From the NCBI GenBank assembly GCA_963666055.2, contig CAXWPH010000015.1, positions 256,001-320,000 of the forward strand: a stretch of DNA of 64,000 nucleotides. The letters run 5' to 3'. Shown here in pieces: positions 21,831-31,023 of this stretch. A model generated the notes under the pieces. That model worked only from the letters and a program-made list of their open reading frames with translations, did not search any database and was not told the origin of the DNA. This DNA comes from Acidobacteriota bacterium (GTDB lineage: Bacteria; Acidobacteriota; UBA890; WLXD01). The translations under genes and the position numbers were made by a program. Position 1 is the stretch's first letter, and each line of letters begins with the position of its first letter.

Positions 21831-23483
21831 TCATTCTGCTGGAGCCAGGCGCCGAAACAGCGCGTAGCCCTCGCGGCGCAGACGCAGCTCGAAGCCGGGT
21901 GGCGTGGCCGGTTGCTCGTCCGAGGCTCGTAACACGATCCCGGCGATGTCCCAGCGATCGATGATCCAGGTCAGCTGATCGGAGGTCAGCGGCGGGAAGA
22001 TGGCCGCCCGTCCCGTGAGCCAGGGGATCTCGAAAGCGAAGTCGCTTACCAGCGGGCCGTCGTCGGGCAAATGGTCGCGGATATCGTCCGCGAGCGTGGC
22101 CTAGTCGAGCACATGGACCGCCAACCCACGGCCGAGGAAGGCCGCCGGGGCGCGATGGGCGATGCGCAGATTCAGAGCCAGCGGGTAGACGATCAGAACC
22201 GTGACGACGACGGCCACTGCCGCCCGTCGTGCCGGGCTGCTCAACCGCTCCCAACCGGGAGCGAAACGCCTCGCCTGTCCGGCAATCAGTATGAGCATGA
22301 GCGGGTACAGCTGGTACAGGTAGCGAATGCGGACAAGGAAGAGCCAGAGCAGCGGAAAGGTCACCACGATCGCGGTGCTACTGAACCACAGGTAGCGTTG
22401 CTGCCAGGGTCGATCCACGGGCCAACCCAGCGTCAGCGCCAGGGCGGCGGTCACCATCAACATCGCCAGAAGCATCCCCGCCAGCGGCGGGTCTCCCATG
22501 ACGTTCAGGACCGCCGGTGTGCGCGACATGATGCGCAACACCTTGATCGCCAGCTCGCTGGGCCGCTCGGCGAAGTAATCCCATGGGTCCGGCGGATCGA
22601 GATCATGGCGCGGGGCGTCGACCTGGGGGTAGGCTTCCGTCTCCATCATGAAGTTGAGCGCGTAAGTAGAGGTCGAGGTCTCGAGCAAGCCGCTCGGGGT
22701 GGAGGCTAGCGCGCCGATGGCGAGTGAGGTGAGGGCCATACCGGCGAGCAGGACGCCGGCGGTGCGCAGTAGCCGGCCCGCCGTCGAGGCGACTGGCGAG
22801 GGCTCTTCAAGCGGCCACAGCGTCACCCAGCAGACGTAGGCGAGTGCCACCGGCGCATAGAGCAGGCCGTAGGTCTTGGTAGCACCAAGGGCCGCAAGCG
22901 CCACGCCGGCGGCCAGGCAGCGGATGGGCGTTACGCGCAGCAATGCCGCGCAGGCGAGCAGAAACAGGGCATCGAATTGCATCTCCGGCGCTGCCATGGT
23001 GGCGTGCACCAGGGTGGTCGACGTCGCCAGATAGATGCCCACCAGGAGAAGGGCGACGCGGGTCGATGCGAGCAGTTGGTGGGTGAGATAGCCGAACAGC
23101 GCGACCGCTACCGCAAGCCAAAGGATCGACACGCTCAACGCTGCGGCGTGGTCGGTGAATCCGATGCTCAGCGCCGCCGCCACCGCCAGCTGATAGCCGG
23201 GCGGACGGAGCAATTCGGGCATCGGAATCGACTCGATGTCATCCGCAAAAACCGGGTAGATCGTCGAGGTGACATAGCCGTTGCCGGCGGCGAGGTCGCG
23301 CGCCTGCTGAACGAACATCATCTCCTCGTTCACCAGGAAGCCGCGAGTCCACTGACGAGGGTAGACGAACACCATCGCCGCCAGGACGCCGACCAGCGGC
23401 AGCACGACGAACAGAGCGCACCGGGCTCGCTGCGCATCCCGCCTGCCGGATCCGGACGCGTCGAGGTGATGCCCGTCGGTCAT
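21831..23483 (-). pseudogene. GT-C-type (PMT/ArnT-like) membrane glycosyltransferase with in-frame TAG at 22101-22103
   Basis: NEEMMF..ARDLAAGNG, RPPGY and many TM segments; the frame continues after the TAG (ATLADDIRDHLPDDGPLVSD..IPWLTGR) to 21831. Confidence 0.65.
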
Positions 23484-23491
23484 GGTCTGTC

Positions 23492-24271
23492 TCAGAGGCG
23501 GCCGAGCAGCTGGCGAATTCGCAACTCCCACACCTTCCAGACTGCCTCCCAAACGATGCCGCCCGACATCTTGGAATGCCCCCGTGAGCGCTCCGTGAAC
23601 ACGATCGGCACCTCGAGGATTCTGAACCCGTGGCGCCAGGCGCGGTATTTCATCTCGACATGGAAGGAGTAGCCGTTGGAGGTCACGCGGTCCAGTTCGA
23701 TGGTCTGCAGCACGCGTCGATGGAAACACATGAAACCGGCGGTGGGATCCATGAGCGGAATCCCAGTGACTCGGCGGATGTAGATGCCGGCGCAGTACGA
23801 CAGCAACAGTCGTTGCAGCGACCAGTTGAGAACGCGAACACCGCCCGTGTATCGGGAGCCGATGGCCAGATCTGCTTCGCCGGCCTGGACCGGCGCCACC
23901 AGGCGCGGGATATCGAGTGGGTCGTGCGACAGATCGGCGTCCATCACGCAGATGTATTCGGAGCTCTCGAGCGCGCGACGGAACCCGTCGAGGTAGGACG
24001 GGGCCAAACCACGCCGGCCATCGCGCTCCAGTACATCGAGGCGCCCGCCGTAGCGCTGTTGCACCTCACGCGCGCGGTTGGCGGTGCCGTCCGGGGAGCG
24101 GTCGTCTACCACCAGAACGGAGGGCCGGAGCGGGATTTCGAGTAGCGACTCGAGCATCACACTGATGTTGTCGGCCTCGTTGTACGTGGGCACGATGACC
24201 AGAACACTTGCCTCGGGTTTATCGTCCCCTGCGCGCCGCGCGGATCCGTGATCGGTCTGTGGCTCGGACAC
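23492..24271 (-). CDS. Polyprenol-phosphate mannose synthase (Dpm1/Ppm1-like GT2)
   Basis: VPTYNE, DDRSPDGT, MDADLSHDP, GSRY, SNGYSF, FTERSRGHSKMS. Confidence 0.9.
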   Translation of the reverse strand: MSEPQTDHGSARRAGDDKPEASVLVIVPTYNEADNISVMLESLLEIPLRPSVLVVDDRSPDGTANRAREVQQRYGGRLDVLERDGRRGLAPSYLDGFRRALESSEYICVMDADLSHDPLDIPRLVAPVQAGEADLAIGSRYTGGVRVLNWSLQRLLLSYCAGIYIRRVTGIPLMDPTAGFMCFHRRVLQTIELDRVTSNGYSFHVEMKYRAWRHGFRILEVPIVFTERSRGHSKMSGGIVWEAVWKVWELRIRQLLGRL

Positions 24272-24411
24272 TCTGGTCTTCTGGCGGCGTATAGGGAGTG
24301 TGCGTAGGGAGCGAAGCGTTTGATGCCCAACAACTAGCTACAGTAGCTTAACGGGTGTCCTCTCATGCCGGGGCGCCCCGCTCACCACTTACCCGAGGGC
24401 CAGCCGCACCA

Positions 24412-26109
24412 ATGCATCTGCTCGATCGCCTGACGCTCAGGACGCCTCTGGCCACGGTCGTCGTCCTAACTCTCCTGGTGACACCCCTCTATCTGGGGGC
24501 GCTAGGCGAGCCGTTGTTGTGGCAAGACGAGGGCACCACCGCGCTCGTTGCACGCCACATCGCCTCGGGTGCCTTGCCGGTGGTCGGGCACGGCGCAGGC
24601 TCGGCAACGCAGGACTTCGAGGCCATGCGCAGTCGGTGGGACCTCAATGTCGACAGCCCCTGGCTGCAGGACTACCTGGCCGCCCCGGCCTGGTGGGCAT
24701 GGCCGGAACCGCCCGATTCGCTAGCGGCAGCGCGTCAACTGACGGGTCTGCTGCGGCTGCCTTTCGCCATCATCGCGCTGCTACTCCCGCTCGCCACCTA
24801 CGCTCTGTTGCGCGTCGGGTCTGCGGCCGCGGACTCAGACCGCGACATCCGAGTAGCTCTGATGGCAGCAGCGCTGACCGCGACCTCGCCAATGCTCCTG
24901 CTGCACGCACGACAGGTCAGGTACTACGCTCCGGCGGCCCTCCTCACGGTGCTGTTGCTGGTCGCCTACCTGGGCCTGCGTCGCTCGCCACCACCGCGAT
25001 GGCGCCGTGCTTGCTTTGCCTTCGCGGCAGCGAGCGGGCTCCTGGTAACCGCCAACGATGCGGTTTGGGTCGCGGTAACGGTGGCGCTGGTGGTTCATTG
25101 GATGTTCTTTGGGCACCGTGACCTATCCTTACGCCGAGCCCTAGCGGCGCTCGCCTTGCCGAGCGCTCTGGCCGCCGCGTGGTTTCTCCTGGTGGCGACC
25201 GCCGACAAGTACAGCCGAGTCGAGCCCGCCGGGGTGCTCGACAATGCGTTCGCCTACGCGATCGAAGTAAATGCCCATGTGCTGCCCGTAGCGGTGCTTG
25301 CGATCGGAGCGTTCCTGCACCGAGGCCGAGTCGCCGAGCTGCTGCGCGCCCCCGCATCGACGAGGCGCGAAAGGCTCGATTTCCCGGTTCTGCTTGGCCT
25401 GACGATCGCAGCAGTGGTAGGGATCCACCTGTTCATCGACATCGTATTTCTCCGCTACCTCGTCGCCGTCGTGCCGCTGTGCGCTGCCGTTACCGCGATG
25501 CTCCTCGTACCGCCCGCCGCTCAACGGTCTATCGCGGGAGTCGGTTGGATCGTGCTTCTCGCACTGGCGTTGACCGACGTAGCCGGTTGGGTCTCGGACG
25601 CTCCGCTGCGTTACGGGCTCTCACGACGGTCGGTGCGGCGACACCAACATTGGACCATCCCGCATACGCTTTGGGGGCTCTCTACGCGTCTGCGCAGCGT
25701 TGGCGCGGGGCCCGTCAGCGGTGTTCTCGAGGTTCTCTACGAGGAGGGTGAGACGTCACATTCGATGGTAACGACATACGGCGACCAGCCGCTCAGCGTG
25801 CTCAGCTCCGTTGACGTGTATGGTGGGTTCTCCGGCGAGTATCCGCCGCTGGGAGTAGCCCCCGAGTGGATCTGGCTGCGCGCCTCGACCTCGGCCGATA
25901 TGGAGGGCAAGATGGGCGCGGCCGCTGCGTGGATCGCCGCGAATATCGACCTGACCTCGTACCAGTGCCGCAGGATCGAGGCTCCCGATCGTCAGTGGGA
26001 GTGGCGCCCGGACCCCGACATCTTCTGGACGCTCGGAGTCGACAGCCCTTTTTATTGGACGCGCGGCGACTCGGTCCCGAGCGTCCGGCTGTGTCGCCTC
26101 CTGAGGTAA
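24412..26109 (+). CDS. GT-C-type membrane glycosyltransferase (GT39-like)
   Basis: LWQDE motif, RLPFA, HARQVRYY, RYL and multiple TM segments. Confidence 0.7.
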   Translation: MHLLDRLTLRTPLATVVVLTLLVTPLYLGALGEPLLWQDEGTTALVARHIASGALPVVGHGAGSATQDFEAMRSRWDLNVDSPWLQDYLAAPAWWAWPEPPDSLAAARQLTGLLRLPFAIIALLLPLATYALLRVGSAAADSDRDIRVALMAAALTATSPMLLLHARQVRYYAPAALLTVLLLVAYLGLRRSPPPRWRRACFAFAAASGLLVTANDAVWVAVTVALVVHWMFFGHRDLSLRRALAALALPSALAAAWFLLVATADKYSRVEPAGVLDNAFAYAIEVNAHVLPVAVLAIGAFLHRGRVAELLRAPASTRRERLDFPVLLGLTIAAVVGIHLFIDIVFLRYLVAVVPLCAAVTAMLLVPPAAQRSIAGVGWIVLLALALTDVAGWVSDAPLRYGLSRRSVRRHQHWTIPHTLWGLSTRLRSVGAGPVSGVLEVLYEEGETSHSMVTTYGDQPLSVLSSVDVYGGFSGEYPPLGVAPEWIWLRASTSADMEGKMGAAAAWIAANIDLTSYQCRRIEAPDRQWEWRPDPDIFWTLGVDSPFYWTRGDSVPSVRLCRLLR

Positions 26110-26174
26110 CCCGCCCGTCCGGTTCTCTGCTGGCGAGCAGACTCGCGAATCAGGTCTGATATGTTCGCAGTGCC

Positions 26175-26894
26175 ATGAGACGGACGATTGCAGCCTGGGC
26201 AGTCCATTTGCTAACCGCCAGTGGTGCGATCTGGGGCGTTCTGGCGCTCGACTCGGTGGCGCGTGACGATGCGCGCTGGGCGCTGCTCTGGATGGTGGTG
26301 GCAATGACCGTCGACTCGTTCGACGGGATGCTGGCGCGCGCCGTCGGCGTGAAGAAAGTCCTGCCCGGCTTCGACGGGACGTTGCTCGACGCCACGCTCG
26401 ACTACCTGAACTACGCCGTGGTGCCTGCCTACTTCGTATGGAGGATGGAGCTCGTACCGGTGACGCTCGGTCTGCCGATGGCCGTCGCGATTCTGCTCGC
26501 GTCGGCATATCAGTTCTGCCAGGCCGGTGCCAAGACCAGCGATCACTTCTTCAAGGGCTTCCCGTCATTCTGGAACGTGGCTGTGTTCTACTTGTTCTTC
26601 GCGCGCGTCGACGGTCGTGTCAACATGGCTATCCTGGCGATCCTGTGCGTCGGTGTCTTCGTGCCCCTGAAGTGGGCCTACCCGTCGCGCATGCTCGAGA
26701 TGCGCACGCTCACGATGTCGGTCACCATGCTCTGGGGTGCCAGCGTGGTGGCGATGCTGATCCAATACCCCGATCCGTCGCGCTGGCTGTTCTGGCTGTC
26801 GCTGTCCTACGTGGCATTCTACGCGGCGGTCAGCGTGTATCTGACCCAGAATGCGGCACGCCGAGTGTTCGCGGCGCGGCGCGATCGAGCGTGA
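26175..26894 (+). CDS. pcs: Phosphatidylcholine synthase
   Basis: VHLLTASG; D..DG.LAR....K...P.FDG..LD...DY CDP-alcohol motif; FKGFPSFWN. Confidence 0.85.
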   Translation: MRRTIAAWAVHLLTASGAIWGVLALDSVARDDARWALLWMVVAMTVDSFDGMLARAVGVKKVLPGFDGTLLDATLDYLNYAVVPAYFVWRMELVPVTLGLPMAVAILLASAYQFCQAGAKTSDHFFKGFPSFWNVAVFYLFFARVDGRVNMAILAILCVGVFVPLKWAYPSRMLEMRTLTMSVTMLWGASVVAMLIQYPDPSRWLFWLSLSYVAFYAAVSVYLTQNAARRVFAARRDRA

Positions 26895-28371
26895 GCCGCG
26901 ACACCACGACGATTGTCAGCAGCCCGCACAGCATCGACAGGGTCTTGAACGGGAACAGCACGACACCGCTGGCGTCGATCATCGGGTAGGGCAACAGGGC
27001 CGGCAGGCCGAAGAGCGGCTCGCCACCGCCGAAACGCATGACGAACGACACCGCGAATCCAGCCATCGACCCGATGCGGTTGGCTCGCCGATCGTAAAGC
27101 GCCACCAGAAGCTGCGGAAACAGAATGCAGTAGACGAAGTCGCTCGACAGGTACCAAAGCGCGTAGACACTCTGTACGCGCAGCGCCAGGATCGTCGCCG
27201 ACACGCCCACCAGCACGATGGTTCGCCGGATCACGCGGGTGAGTTGATCGGCCGATACGTCAGGCTTCCAAAGCGGCCGGTAGACGTTCCAGGCACCCAT
27301 GGATGACGCTGACAGGATCGACGAGTCGACCGACGACATGACCGCGGCTGCGAGCGCTCCGAGCCCCAGCGCCGCGACCCACGGATCGGTCAGATAGCGC
27401 AATACCCACGGAAGGATCAGCGCCGGTTCCGGTGTCGGTACGCCGAGTGCTTCCCAGTCGACTGCCGCGCCGACGATGCCGATCAGCACGGCAGGTATCG
27501 CTGCGATCACACATACAGCTGCCCCGATCAGCGACGCCGTCCGCGCCGCCGCAGCGCTGCGCATCGCCAGCACGCGTTGGAAATAGCCGTGCCACGGCAG
27601 GCCGCCGAAGATCAGCATGAGCATCGAGTCCCACCAGCTCCAGTAGGAGTTTCCCCATGCCGGATCGCGCCACGACCCCCACGCAGGCATGAAGGACGCT
27701 GCCGGCCCCATGCGATCGACGTACGTTGCCCACACCTGGTCGATGCCGCCAAGCGCCTCGGCGGCGATCGGCGCCACGAGCCACAGGCCGCCGACGAGCA
27801 ACAGAAGCTGCACGACATCGGTCAGCGCTACGGCCCACAGGCCCCCGATGAGCGTATAGCCGACCGCGACGGCCGCCGACAGCAGAATGGACAAGGTGAA
27901 GTCGAGATTCAGCACGGTTCCGAATGTCGTGCCCAGCGCGGTGAGGATGGCTGCGCTCCAGAAGATCTCACCGGTCAACGCCGGCAGATACAGCAGCGCC
28001 GCCATGCGTCGCCCAAAGCGCTGGTGCAGCGGGTCGAGCATGGTAGTGAAGCCGTGGCGCCGCATGATGGGCGCGAAGAACAGACCGCCGACCACCATGC
28101 TGAGTGAATAGCCCCACGGCGCCTGCACCCATACCAGCCCACTCGAGTAGGCGGCCTCGGCCGATCCGTTGATGTAGCCGCCGCCGACCCAGGTCGCCGA
28201 CATGGTCAGCACGCCGATCCAGATCGGCAAGGCCCGCCCGGCCAGCAACATGTCCTCAGCGGTGCCGTGCGATTTGCGGCGGGCGGCGTATATCCCCACC
28301 GCGAAGATCAGCACGTAGAACACGGCCATGACCAGCACCGCGCCCCACTGGACGTTCGAAGGCTCAGACAT
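26830..28371 (-). CDS. Sodium:solute symporter, high-affinity choline transporter (SLC5A7/CHT1)-like
   Basis: ATWVGGGYING.AE, WVQAPWGYSLS, TMLDP, AAVMSS.DSSILS, LWYLSSD.VY...FPQL, FPFKTL. Confidence 0.85.
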   Translation of the reverse strand: MSEPSNVQWGAVLVMAVFYVLIFAVGIYAARRKSHGTAEDMLLAGRALPIWIGVLTMSATWVGGGYINGSAEAAYSSGLVWVQAPWGYSLSMVVGGLFFAPIMRRHGFTTMLDPLHQRFGRRMAALLYLPALTGEIFWSAAILTALGTTFGTVLNLDFTLSILLSAAVAVGYTLIGGLWAVALTDVVQLLLLVGGLWLVAPIAAEALGGIDQVWATYVDRMGPAASFMPAWGSWRDPAWGNSYWSWWDSMLMLIFGGLPWHGYFQRVLAMRSAAAARTASLIGAAVCVIAAIPAVLIGIVGAAVDWEALGVPTPEPALILPWVLRYLTDPWVAALGLGALAAAVMSSVDSSILSASSMGAWNVYRPLWKPDVSADQLTRVIRRTIVLVGVSATILALRVQSVYALWYLSSDFVYCILFPQLLVALYDRRANRIGSMAGFAVSFVMRFGGGEPLFGLPALLPYPMIDASGVVLFPFKTLSMLCGLLTIVVVSRLTLDRAAPRTLGVPHSGSDTR

Positions 28372-28481
28372 CGACCAGTAGTGAACAACGGATCGCATGC
28401 TACGATCCAGCCGGGCGCTCGTTGATTTCGGGCGTCAGGGCAGTCGAGGTACCGAAATCGGGCTGCTCGGCAACAGGTTTC

Positions 28482-28782
28482 TCACGGTATCCGGAGGGAT
28501 ACGCGTGACGGTTCGGTCGAGGCTATGAGCGGCCTATTGAGCCGGGTGGTAATGGGAGCCGCCGATACGGACTCGCTCGAAAAGGAGGTGATCTAAGTGT
28601 TATCTGATAAACACGGCTTAACGGAGGTGGCAGCCCCGTAACGGGAGATCCTTCTTTCAGAGCTGAAGGCTCCAGCGTTTATTGGCGCTGCAGAGGGACG
28701 TGCCCCATAGCGGGGAATCCCACTGTCACCGACCAACAGCTATGGCAGGGCCCCGGCGCCGAACGGCGTCGGGGCCTTTGCC
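28482..28782 (+). ncRNA. Candidate structured RNA containing a 14-codon ORF (28597-28641)
   Basis: Series of hairpins; AAGGAGGTGATC at 28582-28593; terminator-like end. Boundaries and family unknown. Confidence 0.45.
28744..28782 (+). terminator. Rho-independent terminator-like hairpin
   Basis: GGCAGGGCCCCGGCGCC-GAAC-GGCGTCGGGGCCTTTGCC. Confidence 0.65.
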
Positions 28783-28825
28783 TTGATAGCCTCGGGGAGT
28801 CCGTAAGAGTTGTATGCACGGAGTC

Positions 28826-28869
28826 CCAACTCGCCGTATCCAGGCCCGCCACTCTTCCACCACGGTCTA
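28826..28869. repeat. Degenerate copy of the CTAG repeat
   Basis: CCAACTCGCCGTATCCAGGCCCGCCACTCTTCCACCACGG. Confidence 0.6.
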
Positions 28870-28870
28870 C

Positions 28871-29791
28871 ATGCAGCGCGCCGAAGTCATCGTCAACCCG
28901 ATCGCTGGCCACGGTGCTCCGATGCGCGTCGCAGAGGAGGCCCGGATCCACCTTGAAGAACGCGGCTGGGAAGTTGACGTTCGACCGACCACCGCGGCCG
29001 GGCACGCGACGGAGCTGGCGCAGGCGTGTCTCGACACCGCCGACCTGATTGTCGTCGTCGGTGGCGACGGCACGGTACGGGAGTCAGTCGCCGGGCTTGA
29101 TGGTGCACCCGTGCCCGTCGGCTTCGTGCCGATGGGCAATGCGAACGTGCTGGCGCGCGAGTTGGATATCCCGCGGCGCCCCGAGCTTTCCATCCCGCTG
29201 CTCACCTCCGGGGAGCCGCTGGCGATCGACGTCGGTCGCGTTGATGGTTTGATCTTCCTGAGCATGGTCAGCGTCGGATACGACGGCTGGACCATCAGCG
29301 GCGTCGACCGGCTGCGTGGTACACGTCTCGGCGGGTGGCTCTATCGGCACGGCGGCTCGAGTGGTCTCTACGTGCTCGCCGGCCTTCCTCCGTTGCTGTT
29401 GAGGACCATTCCGAACCGCGTCTGCATCGAGGCTGACGGCAAGGTGCTGTCTCGACGTTACCCCTCCGCTGTGTTCAGCAACGCCGAGGCGTATGGGCTC
29501 GGCTGGGCGATGACCCCCGGAGCCGATATCCGAGACGGGCGTCTCGATCATCAGGCCAACCGCCGCTCAGCACCGTGGTTCGTGCTCTGGACCATTGCCG
29601 CTGCGATACTGCACCGCCGCGTGCCGGAGATGGTGGCAGAGTACGGCGGCGCCACGTCTTATCGGATCACCGCCAAACGGCCGTTCCGTTGGCAAGTCGA
29701 CGGCGACCCGATGCCGCCTCGGCGCGAGATCGAGATCGAGCTGCTGCACCGTCATGCGCTGATCGTCGCTCCACGCCCGCCTAGCATCTGA
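28871..29791 (+). CDS. Diacylglycerol/lipid kinase family (YegS/DgkB-like)
   Basis: IVNPIAG, GGDGT, PMGNANVLAR, QVDGD. Confidence 0.88.
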   Translation: MQRAEVIVNPIAGHGAPMRVAEEARIHLEERGWEVDVRPTTAAGHATELAQACLDTADLIVVVGGDGTVRESVAGLDGAPVPVGFVPMGNANVLARELDIPRRPELSIPLLTSGEPLAIDVGRVDGLIFLSMVSVGYDGWTISGVDRLRGTRLGGWLYRHGGSSGLYVLAGLPPLLLRTIPNRVCIEADGKVLSRRYPSAVFSNAEAYGLGWAMTPGADIRDGRLDHQANRRSAPWFVLWTIAAAILHRRVPEMVAEYGGATSYRITAKRPFRWQVDGDPMPPRREIEIELLHRHALIVAPRPPSI

Positions 29792-29841
29792 CCCCAACTC
29801 GCCGTAACCAGGCCCACAACGCTTGCACCACGGCCTGCTAG
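29781..29841. repeat. CTAG repeat family copy
   Basis: CTAGCATCTGACCCCAACTCGCCGTAACCAGGCCCACAACGCTTGCACCACGGCCTGCTAG. Confidence 0.75.
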
Positions 29842-29851
29842 GCTTGCGCCT

Positions 29852-30994
29852 ATGGCAGCTGTGAGCGTCTTCCTGGTGGCCGGGGCGCGGCCCAACTTCG
29901 TCAAAGTCGCGCCGGTGTATCGAGCGCTGGAGGCTAGCGCCGTGTTCGACGTGACCCTCGTTCACACCGGACAGCACTACGACGAGCGGCTCTCGGACAG
30001 CTTCTTCCGCGATCTGGATCTTCCACGGCCGGAGGTTCATCTCGAAGTTGGTTCTGGCAGCCACGGCCAGCAAACGGCGCGCATCCTGGAGCGTTTCGAA
30101 GAGCAGCTGCAGGAGCGACAGCCCGATCTCGTCATGGTGGTCGGCGACGTGAACTCGACGATCGCCTGCTCGATTGCCACCGCCAAGATGGTTTATCCGG
30201 ACGGGCGTCGGCCCCAGGTCGCCCACGTCGAGGCTGGGCTGAGGAGTTTCGACCGCACCATGCCGGAGGAGATCAACCGCCTGCTCACCGATTCGATCTC
30301 CGACTACCTGTTCATCACCGAGCCCAGCGCCGCGGAGAACCTGCGTCGCGAGGGAGTCCCCGACGCGAAGGTCTTCTTTGTCGGCAACGTGATGATCGAC
30401 ACGCTGCTTGACCAGGTCGAGCGGGCGGCGGCGCTCGCCGCGTGGACCGATCTCGGGCTCCAGAAGCGCGAATACGGCGTCGTGACCCTGCACCGCCCCT
30501 CCAACGTCGACGATCCTCAAACGCTGGCGGCGATTCTCGATGTCCTCCTGGAGGCGGCCGAGCGTCTGCCGCTGGTGTTTCCGGTCCACCCGCGTACCGC
30601 CCAGCGGTTGCGCGAGTTCGGGCTCGAGCAGCAGGTGTCTGGTCAAGACGGTCGCCTGCAGCTGTTGGAGCCTTTGGGGTACGTAGAGTTCCTCAGCCTG
30701 CTGAGCCGAGCTCGTGTTGTCCTTACCGACTCCGGCGGAATCCAGGAAGAGACGACCATCTTGCGAATCCCGTGTATCACCCTGCGCGACAATACCGAGC
30801 GGCCGGTGACCATCACCGAGGGGACGAACCGCCTGGCGGGGACGGATCGCGCCAAGATATTGGCCGGCGTCGACGAGGCCCTCGCCGGGGAGCCCGATAC
30901 CGCACCGAGGCCAAAGCTGTGGGACGGCCAGGCGGCCGGCCGCATCGTGGCGGTACTGGAGGCGGCGTTCGATCGGACTCTGGCGGGTGCCTAG
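29852..30994 (+). CDS. wecB: UDP-N-acetylglucosamine 2-epimerase (non-hydrolysing)
   Basis: GARPNFVK, HTGQHYD, HVEAGLRS, MPEEINR, TDSGGIQEE, TERP. Confidence 0.95.
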   Translation: MAAVSVFLVAGARPNFVKVAPVYRALEASAVFDVTLVHTGQHYDERLSDSFFRDLDLPRPEVHLEVGSGSHGQQTARILERFEEQLQERQPDLVMVVGDVNSTIACSIATAKMVYPDGRRPQVAHVEAGLRSFDRTMPEEINRLLTDSISDYLFITEPSAAENLRREGVPDAKVFFVGNVMIDTLLDQVERAAALAAWTDLGLQKREYGVVTLHRPSNVDDPQTLAAILDVLLEAAERLPLVFPVHPRTAQRLREFGLEQQVSGQDGRLQLLEPLGYVEFLSLLSRARVVLTDSGGIQEETTILRIPCITLRDNTERPVTITEGTNRLAGTDRAKILAGVDEALAGEPDTAPRPKLWDGQAAGRIVAVLEAAFDRTLAGA

Positions 30995-31023
30995 CAGGAA
31001 ACACTTCGACCACGGCCTGCTAG
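30991..31023. repeat. CTAG repeat family copy supplying both convergent stop codons
   Basis: CTAGCAGGAAACACTTCGACCACGGCCTGCTAG. Confidence 0.7.

Noticed and set aside
28582-28593. 16S rRNA 3' end on the minus strand
   Set aside because: Only the 12-nt tail matches; the flanking sequence lacks the conserved helix 45/44 sequence.
28482-28782. tmRNA (the short ORF ends near VAA)
   Set aside because: No tRNA-like GGGG 5' end or T-loop/CCA 3' end, and the ORF has its own SD and start codon.
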